DNA from: Candidatus Sericytochromatia bacterium
GTDB taxonomy: Bacteria; Cyanobacteriota; Sericytochromatia; S15B-MN24; JAQBPE01
Length of the DNA: 64,000 nt
NCBI GenBank assembly: GCA_040400605.1
Contig: JBBAPZ010000004.1
Coordinates: 144,821-208,820 of the forward strand
Direction of reading: 5' to 3'
How positions within the stretch are numbered: the first letter of the stretch is position 1; each line of letters begins with the position of its first letter. Of the stretch, positions 1-10,294 are shown one piece after another. A program made the position numbers and the translations under genes. The notes beneath the pieces were generated by a model, which did not search any database, was not told the origin of the DNA, and saw only the letters and a list, made by a program, of their open reading frames with translations.

Positions 1-1
1 G

Positions 2-2209
2 CGGGCCCGGGGCTTTGATGTCTTGCATCCAATGGGATGGGATTCATTTGGTTTGCCCGCTGAGCAGTATGCCATGAAGACGGGACAAAGCCCTCGAGTC
101 ATCACGGCTCGCAACATTGCTAATTTCAAGCGTCAGATCAAGATGCTGGGCCTCAGTTACGATTGGGATCGTGAACTGGCCACGTCGGATGAGCGTTATT
201 ATCGCTGGACCCAATGGATTTTTCTGAAGCTGTATGAGGCTGGCCTCGCCTACGAGGCTGAGATGATGGTGAACTGGTGCCCGGCCTTGGGGACGGTGTT
301 GGCGAATGAGGAAATCGTGGATGGCGTCAGTGAGCGTGGGGGGCACCCAGTGGTGCGGAAGCCCATGCGTCAGTGGGTTTTGCGGATTACGGCCTATGCC
401 GAGCGTTTGCTTGCGGGGCTTGATGATTTGGACTGGCCTGAGAACATCAAGGAAATGCAGCGCAATTGGATTGGCCGTTCGGAGGGTACCGAGATTCGGT
501 TTGCGATTGAAGGCACGGATCAACACTTCACGGTGTTTACGACACGCCCTGACACAGTGTTTGGCGCAACCTACTGTGTCTTGGCTCCGGAGCATCCGGC
601 AGTCACACGCATCGTGACACCGGAATGCGCAGCGGAAGTGTCGGCGTATCAGGGACGAACGGCGACCAAGAGTGAACTTGAACGCACGGAACTCGCACGC
701 GAGAAGACGGGGGCTTTCACGGGTGCCTATGCCGTCAATCCGGTTAACGGGGAACGTATACCCGTCTGGATCGCCGATTATGTGCTGGGGCATTATGGGA
801 CCGGGGCGGTGATGGCGGTGCCTGCGCATGACCAGCGGGATTGGGAGTTTGCGCGTGCCATGGGCTTGCCGCTCAAGGTGGTGCTTGTTGGCCGGGACCC
901 AACTTCGGCGGCTTTCAGCGGCGATGGCCCTCATGTTCACTCAGGCTTTATGGATGGCCTGAACATCGCTCAGGCAACGGAACGCATCAATGCCTGGCTG
1001 AGCGAAAATGGTTGTGGCGGGGTCAAGGTCAGTTATCGCCTGCGGGACTGGTTGTTTTCGCGCCAGCGGTATTGGGGCGAACCCATCCCCGTGTTGCACA
1101 TGCAAGACGGCACGCTACGCGCATTGGATGAGTCGGAGTTGCCACTCACCCTGCCGCATTTGGTTGTCATTGCACCGACCGGTACTGGCGAGTCTCCGCT
1201 TGCGCAGGCCGAGGACTGGTTGACGGTTGAACGTGACGGGCAGGGCGCGCGACGTGAAACCAACACGATGCCGCAGTGGGCAGGTAGTTGCTGGTATTAT
1301 CTGCGGTTCATTGATCCACTGAATGACAAGGTCTTTGCTGACCCTGACCAGTTAAAACGTTGGTTGCCGGTCGATCTCTACATTGGCGGTGCGGAACATG
1401 CGGTCATGCATCTGCTTTACGCCCGATTTTGGCATATGGTGCTGTTTGACCTGGGTTATGTCCCGACGCCAGAACCGTTTCAGAAATTGTTCAATCAAGG
1501 GATGATCTTGGGCGAAAACAACGAAAAAATGAGCAAGTCACGCGGGAATGTGGTGAACCCCGACGATATCGTCAAGACCTATGGCGCAGACACCTTGCGC
1601 CTATACGAAATGTTCATGGGCCCATTGGAGGCGACCAAGCCTTGGAGCAATACGGGAGTGGAGGGTTTGTACCGCTTTTTGCAGCGGATCTGGCGACTGG
1701 TGGTGACCGAGCGTGACGGGATTAATCCCGCCATCGTTGAAGCTGACAATGTGGGTTTTACACGGGTGCTGCACCAGACGATCAAAAAGGTTACCCACGA
1801 TATCGAAAACCTGCGCTTCAACACGGCGATCGCGCAGTTGATGATTTGTATCAACGAAGCGTACAAAACGGAGACCCTACCCTTGAGCGGCGTGCTGCAA
1901 TTTGTACAGTTGCTTGCACCATTTGCGCCTCATCTGGCTGAAGAATTGTGGGAACGCCTGGGACGTCGGGATCCCCTCACTTATGCACTGTGGCCCGATT
2001 GGGATGAGGAATTGCTGGTTGCGCGCGACGTGGAGTTCGCCCTCCAGATCAATGGCAAGATCAAGGGTAAGCTCGTCGTCGCCACCAATACGCCTGAAGA
2101 GCACATACTTGCCGAAGCACGATCGGCTTTGGCGGACCAATTGCTGGATAAAACCGTGATGAAAGCGATTGTGGTCCCCAATCGCCTCGTGAATTTCGTG
2201 GTGAAGTAA
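2..2209 (+). CDS. leuS: Leucine--tRNA ligase (5' end lies outside the window)
   Basis: The frame is open from the window edge ([24 protein letters not shown]). It contains the LeuRS signatures FTTRPDT (editing domain), [23 protein letters not shown] and KMSKS, and ends in LVNFVV. The HIGH motif is upstream of the window. Confidence 0.98.
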   Translation, partial: RARGFDVLHPMGWDSFGLPAEQYAMKTGQSPRVITARNIANFKRQIKMLGLSYDWDRELATSDERYYRWTQWIFLKLYEAGLAYEAEMMVNWCPALGTVLANEEIVDGVSERGGHPVVRKPMRQWVLRITAYAERLLAGLDDLDWPENIKEMQRNWIGRSEGTEIRFAIEGTDQHFTVFTTRPDTVFGATYCVLAPEHPAVTRIVTPECAAEVSAYQGRTATKSELERTELAREKTGAFTGAYAVNPVNGERIPVWIADYVLGHYGTGAVMAVPAHDQRDWEFARAMGLPLKVVLVGRDPTSAAFSGDGPHVHSGFMDGLNIAQATERINAWLSENGCGGVKVSYRLRDWLFSRQRYWGEPIPVLHMQDGTLRALDESELPLTLPHLVVIAPTGTGESPLAQAEDWLTVERDGQGARRETNTMPQWAGSCWYYLRFIDPLNDKVFADPDQLKRWLPVDLYIGGAEHAVMHLLYARFWHMVLFDLGYVPTPEPFQKLFNQGMILGENNEKMSKSRGNVVNPDDIVKTYGADTLRLYEMFMGPLEATKPWSNTGVEGLYRFLQRIWRLVVTERDGINPAIVEADNVGFTRVLHQTIKKVTHDIENLRFNTAIAQLMICINEAYKTETLPLSGVLQFVQLLAPFAPHLAEELWERLGRRDPLTYALWPDWDEELLVARDVEFALQINGKIKGKLVVATNTPEEHILAEARSALADQLLDKTVMKAIVVPNRLVNFVVK

Positions 2210-2387
2210 GCACCTGGGTTTCAACAGCGACGGCCATTTCGACAACCGATACAGACTGATAGCCGTACTCGGGTTCGTGTTAATAGGATGCGACTAAAAA
2301 GTTAATTAAGTTTTAACGAAAGGGGTCAGCCTCATGCTTCGATATCTGGTTCAGATTCACAAAACCACCATCTGAAGGAGATAAATA

Positions 2388-3326
2388 ATGCCGACCATCA
2401 GCCGTAATCGGAATCGAATTTTGGCGGCGCTTTTGCTCGGGGTTCAGTTGGTTGCAGGGTGCGGTCAGCTTCCACTGACAGGTATGGAACGTGGCTCATC
2501 GGCAGCAAAGATGACCGAACGCAACACTTTGATGGCTGATGTGCGTGGAGTGCTTGAATAACTCGAGGGCGAACCCGTCAATGGCTTGTTGTCGACCCTT
2601 GGTTTTTATGTGGATGCGCTTGGATCGGATGCAACGCCAGGTTCAGCGCTTGGTCGTCGCGTGGCGGACGACGTGGTGGCAACAATTCATTCGGAACCTG
2701 GTGAGCGTGATGCCGTTTATGGTTTGCAAAATGTGGCTGTCAAGGCACCTCTGTTGGCGCGACAGTTGCTGGTGCAGGCTCAAACCTTGAGTCATCTTTA
2801 TTTCTTGCTTTGGGACCAAAACAAGGATCAAAAACTTGTTTTATCGGAACTTCCCAAAGAGTTCTCCTTCCGAGGATGGGACAAAGACAAAAGTGGCGCC
2901 ATCGATAAGGCTGAACTCAAAGCCTTCATGACGCGAGCAACCGCTGAATCACGGCGAAAGCAGCTTGAGGACGGCATGAAACGGGCGGAGCGAATCATGG
3001 CTGCAGCCGACACCAACAAGAACGGGTTTTTGTCCTTGAAAGAGTATGAGGCCAATTACAGCGCTGCGTTTATCCCAGTCATCAGTGAAGCGCTTCAAAT
3101 GAAGCCGTCATTCAATGCCAAGGATCCTGAGTCAGTGAAACAAATCCGCAAAACCTTTGCACAGTTTGCCATTAAGAATGGTACGGCACTGACCCAGGAA
3201 GGTGCTGCACAGGTGGTTGAGTATACCTCGTTTAACTTCCAAGTGTTCTTCATTGGACTTGCGGTTACTCTCTCGCAGGCAACGCCCCCTGCGCCGTCTG
3301 CTGGACCCGCTAAGCCGAAGCCCTGA
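2388..3326 (+). pseudogene. EF-hand calcium-binding lipoprotein interrupted by one in-frame TAA (2559-2561); the downstream part is the 2586-3326 ORF
   Basis: AAGGAG RBS precedes ATG 2388. Translation gives the signal peptide MPTISRNRNRILAALLLGVQLVAGC (lipobox) and reaches TAA at codon 58. The same frame continues into 2586-3326, which has EF-hand loops DQNKDQKLVLSE, DKDKSGAIDKAE and DTNKNGFLSLKE. Confidence 0.8.
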
Positions 3327-3345
3327 CGGAGATTAGGCATTGTTG

Positions 3346-3380
3346 CTCCCCCGACCACGGTGGTTGGGGGAGTTTTTTTT
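3346..3380 (+). terminator. Rho-independent terminator
   Basis: GC-rich hairpin CTCCCCCGACCA-CGG-TGGTTGGGGGAG followed by T8, 20 nt after the stop at 3326. Confidence 0.9.
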
Positions 3381-3453
3381 GACGGGACGTGTCCTGTGTC
3401 TTGGTCTGGTTGGCGTTGTCCGAGCCGGTGACTTGACGGCTCTCCTGATGTCT

Positions 3454-3580
3454 CATCCGTCAGTTTTTCTGATTGTTTGCTAATTGTCAGTAACATTCTG
3501 CGGCGGGTAGCGGCATGGTTTGGTTTATTTTTCGTCACGGTGTTGTCGCAGCACGCTGGTTTGATCAGCGAAATTGATGG
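3454..3580 (+). repeat. Dispersed imperfect-palindrome repeat, family B, copy 1
   Basis: Aligns without gaps over 127 nt to 9117-9243 (about 72% identity by hand count). The two ends are complementary to each other. Confidence 0.85.
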
Positions 3581-3687
3581 TTCCCAATGATGTCGTTGAC
3601 GATTATCGTTTGGGTCGCTTGGGTATCTTATTGTTACGGGTGTGTGGGCTCATCGCGTCGTCGCGCCGATATTCAAGGGTATAGTGG

Positions 3688-5481
3688 ATGCTGCATCAAC
3701 GACGATATCGGACATTTTGGTTGACGCTGCTCAGTGTGGGCAGCCTTTGCGCGTGCCGTGTTTCGGTACCCACCCCGGTGCTCCGCCCAGCAGCTGCGCC
3801 TAAAACTGCCACTTTGCCAAGCACAGCGCCAAGTCTGAGGGAATCCTCGGACCCGAACGCAGTGCTCTCGCCGGAGTGGCCAACAAACCCTGGTGTCCAG
3901 CCTTCGGCGTTGGCAAGTCCGGAATCAGATGCAACGGTAAGGCAGGCGAGTGCCGTTATACCGACTCAAGCATCGGTGGCGTTGGCTGGTCGCATTCGAC
4001 TTCGTGCGGATGCGTTGCTGCGGAATGGTGGTGTTGCCGTCTTGAGCGGCGAAAAAGGTCCAGTCGTCAGTGGTCTTGAGATCACGTCGCTTGCTTTGAT
4101 CAGCAACAATGGTGGCGGCGTGGTCAGTAATAATGGCGGGGGTTTGATCAGTAACAATGGCGGGGGGTTGGCGGTTTTCCAAAGAGATGGTGCGACGCTG
4201 ATTGGTGCGGGAGGGGTAGGGCTCCGTGGTGCTGCAGCGCTTCAAACAGCGTCTGCCAGCCGATATGCGGTGATGGCACTTGGCAACGCTTGGGGCTTGC
4301 TGACTGCCAGTGCAAAGCCGAGTGATTCTCAGTCTGAGGCCACACCGCCTTCGAACGAGGAACTTACTGCGATTGGCATGAGTGTGCAGATCATTGATCT
4401 TGATACGGGTGCCCCGATACAGATGGTTGATAACTCGGGGCGTCTGGGTGACACGGTGTTGTCTGATTTTGAGGGGCGCTTCACGGTGATGGTGCCGGAA
4501 AAATTGCAAAACAACGTCATGATCCGTGTGAACGTGCCGGGGCATCTTGCAAACCCGCGGGCACGCTTCGGCATGCTCACGATTCCTGCTGCCAGTGATC
4601 AAACCGTACTGGACGAGGCATTCGCTGCCTACACCACGCAGTGTCGTTTGTTGGGTGTCAGTCGTGTGGCCAATGGCCTGCTGGATTTGAGAGACGCCGA
4701 TGGTGTTATCACTGCGAATCCAAGCTTTGTTAAAACCTTCAATCAGACGGCGCGCGATGCGGGCATCACCCAGTGGTCCCGGTCTGATCGTCAGTTGCTG
4801 GCACAACGGGTGGCCGACAGCGTTTTGGCTCGGGTGGGAAATTTGTCCCGCATACCGGTGTATCAGGGACTCGAACAAAGCCAGGTGATGCTGGCATTTT
4901 TGGCAGGGACCAATCCGCCTGATACCGGCGAGATGGCTGGACCGATTTGGGAGCAATTCATCCGTCGCGTGGCCCAAGCCACCGATGAACGCACAAAAGG
5001 TGGTGAAGACCTGTCAAAAAATCCGGTTATCCGACGCGTGAATGATTATCTCGCTAACCGGCGCGCAAACCTGCCCACTTACCCCGCTTGGGCGCCGGAA
5101 GAAGGTTTCGAGTTTCAAAAAGGCACGGATGTCACGTATTTTGTTTTTCAGGCGGTGTTTGCCGCCCGTTTGTCGGAGATTGCCGAGATTTCGAATGATG
5201 CAGATTTTAAGGCTGCCTTGACTGCTGCTGGTGTTCCCCAGGTACAGGTGATGCGTGATAGCCGTCGTTCGTTATTTATTAAATTGGGCATCACGCTGGG
5301 GTTATCGGAAGCGGAATCGGGTGCTGAGTATGATCGGGCGATGGCGGCCTTCCGGTCAATCGGCGCGGTTTTTCAACGCGAATACGTTCGTGACGAGCAG
5401 CGCTATCTGGATATTTTGAAGGATGCGGCAACACCCGAGGGCTTTGCGCGCTTGAAAGCGATGAACAGCGCGCGCCTTTAG
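3688..5481 (+). CDS. Hypothetical lipoprotein with SNNGGG repeats
   Basis: 597-aa ORF with a basic N-terminus, a hydrophobic stretch and SLCAC (lipobox-like), a Pro/Ser/Ala linker and 3x (L/V)(I/V)SNNGGG. Confidence 0.8.
   Translation: MLHQRRYRTFWLTLLSVGSLCACRVSVPTPVLRPAAAPKTATLPSTAPSLRESSDPNAVLSPEWPTNPGVQPSALASPESDATVRQASAVIPTQASVALAGRIRLRADALLRNGGVAVLSGEKGPVVSGLEITSLALISNNGGGVVSNNGGGLISNNGGGLAVFQRDGATLIGAGGVGLRGAAALQTASASRYAVMALGNAWGLLTASAKPSDSQSEATPPSNEELTAIGMSVQIIDLDTGAPIQMVDNSGRLGDTVLSDFEGRFTVMVPEKLQNNVMIRVNVPGHLANPRARFGMLTIPAASDQTVLDEAFAAYTTQCRLLGVSRVANGLLDLRDADGVITANPSFVKTFNQTARDAGITQWSRSDRQLLAQRVADSVLARVGNLSRIPVYQGLEQSQVMLAFLAGTNPPDTGEMAGPIWEQFIRRVAQATDERTKGGEDLSKNPVIRRVNDYLANRRANLPTYPAWAPEEGFEFQKGTDVTYFVFQAVFAARLSEIAEISNDADFKAALTAAGVPQVQVMRDSRRSLFIKLGITLGLSEAESGAEYDRAMAAFRSIGAVFQREYVRDEQRYLDILKDAATPEGFARLKAMNSARL
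4096..4167 (+). repeat. Intragenic tandem repeat, 3 x 24 nt encoding LISNNGGG/VVSNNGGG/LISNNGGG
   Basis: Read directly. Codons differ synonymously between units, so the repeat is conserved at protein level. Confidence 0.9.
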
Positions 5482-5689
5482 CGCTTTGACATCATTCATT
5501 ATACGGGGCAGGTTGAGACTGGTGTTGACTTTGTTCAAAACCCCAGTTTTGCGAGCTGATAGCGGGGCGCTGATGCGGAGGAGAATCGGTTAACCGTTCA
5601 GAAATGGGTCCGAGGGGGCCATAACAAACTTGGTTGCATAGGATCAGGTGCCAGCCACGATGCCGGCCATTTTTCGGAGGATTATCACC

Positions 5690-6472
5690 GTGACGTACAT
5701 TAGCTCTTTTGGAAATCCTGCGCTGCAGCCCACTGTTTCTTCCGGACCACCCAAGAATTTGCGGAAGTCGCAGGCGTTGCAGATGGCGGGTGATCGTTTC
5801 GATTCAACGAAGCGCCATCAAGAAGCCGATGCACTTGAGGGCCGCATCATCAAGATTATTGGCAAGGCGCCCAATCCGACGATATCGTTTGTTATGCGTG
5901 CAGGTGAAGAACTGCAAGACCCATCCGCCCGCCTCGCTTGGTATCACGCGGTGTTGCTCGACCATGACTTACCTGCTTCGGACAATGATCCTACGGCAGC
6001 TCGAGTGATGATCGGACGGCTTGCATCGGAGTTTATGGATGCACCGGTCGGTGTGGCGCGATTGAATGATACGCGCGCGAGGCAGTTGGGCACGCGGGCG
6101 TTGGACGCAATCCACGATGACACGCGGGGTCTTGCGCACTTTGCCCGCGATCAAGCGCAACGTTTACGCAATCCAGCCGAAGCACGCAGCTTGATTCGCG
6201 ATACATTGTTACAGCTTCACGAGTTGCCGGATGATGCCAGCCCGATTGATGGGGCGATGCTGGCTGCGACGCTCGCGGTAAAGCGCATTGATGACACCAC
6301 GCGCAGTTTATCAGAGCAAGAACGGGCGGAACTGGGCTTGGCTGCCTTGCAACTTGTGGCCGAGACGTTCGAGGACCCTTATTTGATGAGTCAGTACAAA
6401 CTGGCCAAGAAAGAGCGTCTCGTGGAGGAGCGCCTGGCAATCGTCCACGAAGCTTTGATGGGTGCGCTATAG
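5690..6472 (+). CDS. Hypothetical protein (predicted helical)
   Basis: Long ORF (5648-6472) with GGAGG 9 nt before GTG 5690. No recognisable motif. Confidence 0.7.
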   Translation: MTYISSFGNPALQPTVSSGPPKNLRKSQALQMAGDRFDSTKRHQEADALEGRIIKIIGKAPNPTISFVMRAGEELQDPSARLAWYHAVLLDHDLPASDNDPTAARVMIGRLASEFMDAPVGVARLNDTRARQLGTRALDAIHDDTRGLAHFARDQAQRLRNPAEARSLIRDTLLQLHELPDDASPIDGAMLAATLAVKRIDDTTRSLSEQERAELGLAALQLVAETFEDPYLMSQYKLAKKERLVEERLAIVHEALMGAL

Positions 6473-6920
6473 GGTTCCGGTATAGCAAGTCCTGCACGAA
6501 CCGTCTGGTCGTGGTTTTGTGGGAGCTCGGGCAACAGCCACGTGTGCTGCGTTCGGGCCTCACAAATTTTTTTACGCAAACAAGATGGGCCGGTACAGTG
6601 CATGTGCAAGCGTGATAACTATTTTGGTAAACGACATCATTTGAGTGATGGCTTGGAGAGCGATCCGGTCATTACCTGTTGTTGCTTCGCACGTCATGCG
6701 TGCTTCGTGATCTGGCACTAAACAAGTGTTCGAATCGACCTGAACCAAGCGTTCTGCCAAAGCCATTGCGATGTGGTCCCTGGGATTCTTGGGTTAATGC
6801 GTCGACTGCCGGTTTTCCTTTTGGAACGTCATCTGAGTTCGTGCGTGCCACTGTTGTTTTGTGTAATACCCGCTATGATGGGAATTCGTACGTCTCACTC
6901 GGGGGAGGGGGCTTGTTGGC

Positions 6921-7313
6921 GTGCCAGCGCTGAATACAACATCCTTTAAATGGATTTTTCACGGCCTGAACGGGGTGGGTACCGCCTTGCATCTAGCTGG
7001 AATGATTTGGATGGCCAGGGATATGTGGGTGGCCCTGAATCCGATTGCAGTCTGGTTAGTGGCGCCGGCTCTGATCCTGGTCCTTTTAAGCAAGTGGACG
7101 TGGGGCCGATTATTCTTAAGCATTTTGATATGGGGCGCAACGACCGTTTGCTTAAGTGGCTTGTTTCTGGTGAGTCATTTATGGTTTGGACCAAGTGATC
7201 CACAAGATGGCCTCATCCTGCTCGTATTGCCTTTCTTGCAAGGTCTGGCGACTCTTGCAGGAGGGATTTGCATCTACCTGATGTCCTATCTGTTTACTCG
7301 GCTCAAATCGTGA
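6921..7313 (+). CDS. Small hypothetical membrane protein (about 4 TM)
   Basis: GGAGG upstream of GTG; four hydrophobic segments in 130 aa. Confidence 0.7.
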   Translation: MPALNTTSFKWIFHGLNGVGTALHLAGMIWMARDMWVALNPIAVWLVAPALILVLLSKWTWGRLFLSILIWGATTVCLSGLFLVSHLWFGPSDPQDGLILLVLPFLQGLATLAGGICIYLMSYLFTRLKS

Positions 7314-7415
7314 TAGGTAAGCAACACGCTTCAGAACGGGTGTAGCAGTTACAATGCACGATACAGGCATTTTTTCGCGAGACACCCTGCTACCCGTCAA
7401 GGGGCGAGCGATACC

Positions 7416-7530
7416 GAAAAGCGTTGATAGGTGATCAAATTCTGGCTACTTTTGAATAACAGCGTGTGACGGCTTGATGTTTTTGCGTTTGCTACACGGA
7501 TTTTGAACGACAATTTATGCGCCACGGTAT
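7416..7530 (-). repeat. Dispersed intergenic repeat, family A, inverted copy
   Basis: The reverse complement reads ...GTTCAAAATCCGTGTAGCAAACGCAAAAACATCAAGCC...CGCTGTTATTCAAAAAGTAGCCAGAATTTGATCACC..., matching the copies at 9008, 14483, 31568 and 42052. Confidence 0.75.
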
Positions 7531-7892
7531 AGATTCGCTTGATCGGCGCTGTCTTGATCCGGTTTTTCGGCAAGTATCCGCGTTTCATGTTTGCAGCGCA
7601 CACCGAAAAGCCTTCAGCGCAACCCAGCTTGTCAGACTCAGACGGAAGACCAGACAAGCACCAGAAACCGTGTATGGTCCAGTTGCGGACTTGATTCACG
7701 GCATGAAATTGTTGGGATCCGCATGTGAGCGACGTGTATTAACCCGCACTCCGAAAACGTTGGTCAAAAGACAGTATCGAAGCCGTAAAATCGAATCTTA
7801 TGAACAATTTTTTTTCGGTTAAGGCCAGTGGGCTAAGTCTGACACCATTTTGACACAATAGATGGTTAAGCTTTAATGCGAGGGGTTTTAGG

Positions 7893-8570
7893 ATGCGGAC
7901 GGTGTTGTTGGTTGATGATGACGAGACTTTCGCGCGTTTACTCAAGGAGTTGTTGCGCAGTCACGGATTTAACATGATTTGGGCTGACCGGCCCTCGTCG
8001 GGGCGTGCCTTGCTGGCTTCCGGGCCTGACTTGCTGTTGTTGGATGTCATGTTGCCAGAACAGAGCGGGTTGGAGTTTTGTCAGGCGCTGCGTGCGGAGG
8101 GTCACGACTTGCCGATTGTGATGTTGACTGCCCGTGGCACGGATGTCGATCGGGTGACGGGTTTGAACCTTGGTGCTGATGACTACATGGCCAAGCCATT
8201 CAACCATTTGGAGTTGATCGCCCGGATGGAGGCCATTTTACGTCGTCGTACGGTGGGTCGCCTGGTGGTACACGATCCGATGGTTTCTGATGGTTTGGAT
8301 GCGGATCGGAGAATACTCTGCCTACGCGGCCGAGAGATTAATTTAACCCCCATGGAGTTTCGACTTATGGAATTATTCACCCGCCACCCGGGACGGACGT
8401 GGTCGCGTCGGGAATTGATTGCCTGGTGCGATGAGGTGGGTATCAGTGATAGTTTGGATCGGGCCATTGACTCGCACATTTCACGATTGCGCAACAAGCT
8501 GGAGCGTGATTCTAAAAACCCTGAACATCTGTTCACCATTCGTGGCGCAGGTTATCGTTTCGTTTGGTGA
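7893..8570 (+). CDS. OmpR/PhoB-family response regulator
   Basis: Receiver motifs LLVDDD, LLDVMLP (phospho-acceptor Asp), MLTA and DDYMAKPF; winged helix RAIDSHISRLRNKL, TIRGAGYRF. Confidence 0.95.
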   Translation: MRTVLLVDDDETFARLLKELLRSHGFNMIWADRPSSGRALLASGPDLLLLDVMLPEQSGLEFCQALRAEGHDLPIVMLTARGTDVDRVTGLNLGADDYMAKPFNHLELIARMEAILRRRTVGRLVVHDPMVSDGLDADRRILCLRGREINLTPMEFRLMELFTRHPGRTWSRRELIAWCDEVGISDSLDRAIDSHISRLRNKLERDSKNPEHLFTIRGAGYRFVW

Positions 8571-9007
8571 TGCGGGTATGAATGAGTCTTTTGGCAGCGT
8601 GTTGATCAACAGTGCGCACTTCAAGGGTTTATTCGCTGCTGGAGGGGTTGTTACCTGTTTCACACGTCATCAAGTCGACAAGTGCTGAATGAGTGGCTTG
8701 ATGCTTATTTGAGTGTGCATTGGCTGGAAGTCGAATGAAAGCACCGATGATGTCGTCAGCCTGGATGACCGGTGGCTCACGGGCATCCAGAGCGGGCGCG
8801 TGTTTGTGGTACGCAAATGATGGCTGTAGATGCCTTGAAGCGTCAATACACGCGAGCTGTTGGCGATAACTTGAAGGGTCAATTGCCCACGTCGATGCGA
8901 TGGGTCGGGCGTAGGTATAAGACTCCGCGATGGCTTGATTAGACGGCATCCAGGGTAACAGTCGTGCCGCACGCCCGATTTTAGAGAGCGTGCGTTGCCT
9001 TGCTCCA

Positions 9008-9116
9008 GCGATACAGCGACGCATCGATGTCTGTTCAAAACTTGAGTGGCAAACTCAAAAAATTAGGCCCGGACTCGCTGTTATTGAACACCAATCAATG
9101 AACTTGAACGATAATC
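9008..9116 (+). repeat. Dispersed intergenic repeat, family A
   Basis: GCGATACAGCGACGCATCG...GTTCAAAA...GTGGCAAACTCAAAA...GACTCGCTGTTATTGAA is shared with the other copies. Confidence 0.8.
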
Positions 9117-9243
9117 CATCCATCAAGTTCATTGATTATTTGTTCACTGTTTGCAACATTCGACGGTCGGTATCACCATGACTTGGTTTCTTTTGCGTCA
9201 CGATGCTGTCGCAGCAAATCAGGACGATCACCGAAATTGATGG
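9117..9243 (+). repeat. Dispersed imperfect-palindrome repeat, family B, copy 2
   Basis: Gapless 127-nt match to 3454-3580. The ends CCATCAAGTTCATTGAT and ATCACCGAAATTGATGG form an imperfect inverted repeat. Confidence 0.85.
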
Positions 9244-9305
9244 CTTCAATCGACAATCAACGCGTTTCTATATAGCTACCCGCGGGTCAGAGTCGAAGCG
9301 CCCAG

Positions 9306-9339
9306 CGCCACGAAACACTGCGCGTGGTGTTTCGTGGCG
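9306..9339. terminator. Perfect 13-bp stem-loop downstream of the sugar-binding protein gene (possible terminator or mRNA stabiliser)
   Basis: CGCCACGAAACAC-N8-GTGTTTCGTGGCG lies about 20 nt past the stop at 9361. There is no clear U-tract. Confidence 0.55.
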
Positions 9340-9360
9340 TGGCTCAGGTTGGAAGCGTGC

Positions 9361-10293
9361 TCAGGGATTAAACTGATCGACGTTTTCACGGGTAACAGTG
9401 ATGACGCCTGTATCGATAACAGGCGGCAGTTTTTCACCTTTGAGGGCCTTATTCAGGCACTCGACTCCTAATTCGCCCATTTTTTCGGGTTGCTGGGCAA
9501 TCAAGACCTGCACGACACCCGCTTTCAATTGCTTGACCAAAGTGGGGGTGACATCAAACGAAACAAGCTTGATCACGCCTGTTTTTTTGGTGGCACCTAG
9601 CGCCTGCGCAACACTCGGGCCCCCAATCGCGGTTGTGCTGAAAAAAGCCGCAACGTCGGGATTGGCTGTGATGGTGTTTTCCGCAATGGCCATTGCCTTA
9701 TCCTTGTTGCCGTTGTCAGGCTGCGTGTTCAACAAGGTCAATTGACTTCCTACTGCCTTGCGAAAACCTGCTTCTCGCTCCATCAGGTTCTGCGCGCCAA
9801 TCACGCCCGTGATGGTGGCCACCTTGGCATTCTTTTGCCCATCCAAGAGTTTAAGCATTTCTTGGCCCGCCACCTCACCGGCCGCAGCGTTGTCAGTGCC
9901 GATATAGCAGAGCCGATCCTTCGCTGCGGTATCCGAATCAATCGTCACCACCTTGATTCCGGCATCCACTGCTTTCTTGACTGCCGGTGACAGCGCTTTG
10001 GAATCGGAAGGCGAGATGGCAATACCTGCAACCTTTCGTTGGATGAGGCTTTCGACAAGATCAATTTGCCCCGCGATATCCACCTCCGTGGGTTGCCCCA
10101 GATACAATAACTTGAGTTTGAGTTCATCTGATTTCCGCTGAGCACCACGTTTGACCGCCAACCAATACTCCCCACCAGCGGCTTTGCCAACGACTGCGAT
10201 CGTCGTGCGTCTTTCGTCCGGTTTACAAGCTACAAGGCTACCAATCAGACCTAGCCCCACCAAGGTGCAGATGCTGCGTTGCAGATGTATCAC
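9361..10293 (-). CDS. Sugar ABC transporter substrate-binding lipoprotein (RbsB-like)
   Basis: GGAGG before GTG 10293; lipobox LVAC; Peripla_BP motifs YIGTDN..AG, VSFD and AQQPEKMG. Confidence 0.92.
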   Translation of the reverse strand: MIHLQRSICTLVGLGLIGSLVACKPDERRTTIAVVGKAAGGEYWLAVKRGAQRKSDELKLKLLYLGQPTEVDIAGQIDLVESLIQRKVAGIAISPSDSKALSPAVKKAVDAGIKVVTIDSDTAAKDRLCYIGTDNAAAGEVAGQEMLKLLDGQKNAKVATITGVIGAQNLMEREAGFRKAVGSQLTLLNTQPDNGNKDKAMAIAENTITANPDVAAFFSTTAIGGPSVAQALGATKKTGVIKLVSFDVTPTLVKQLKAGVVQVLIAQQPEKMGELGVECLNKALKGEKLPPVIDTGVITVTRENVDQFNP

Positions 10294-10294
10294 G

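Noticed and set aside
2297..2314. Dyad AAAAGTTAATTAAGTTTT upstream of the EF-hand gene as an operator
   Set aside because: Single AT-rich instance with no second copy or cognate regulator identified.
3925..4977. Long antisense ORFs (350 aa here; also 44-940, 49948-50844, 40597-41394)
   Set aside because: They are shadows of well-supported genes on the opposite strand and have no motifs of their own.
6620..8720. A third repeat family suggested by TTACCTGTT...CACGTCAT...ACAAGTG near 6670 and 8650
   Set aside because: Matches are short and unevenly spaced, and cannot be told from chance by eye.
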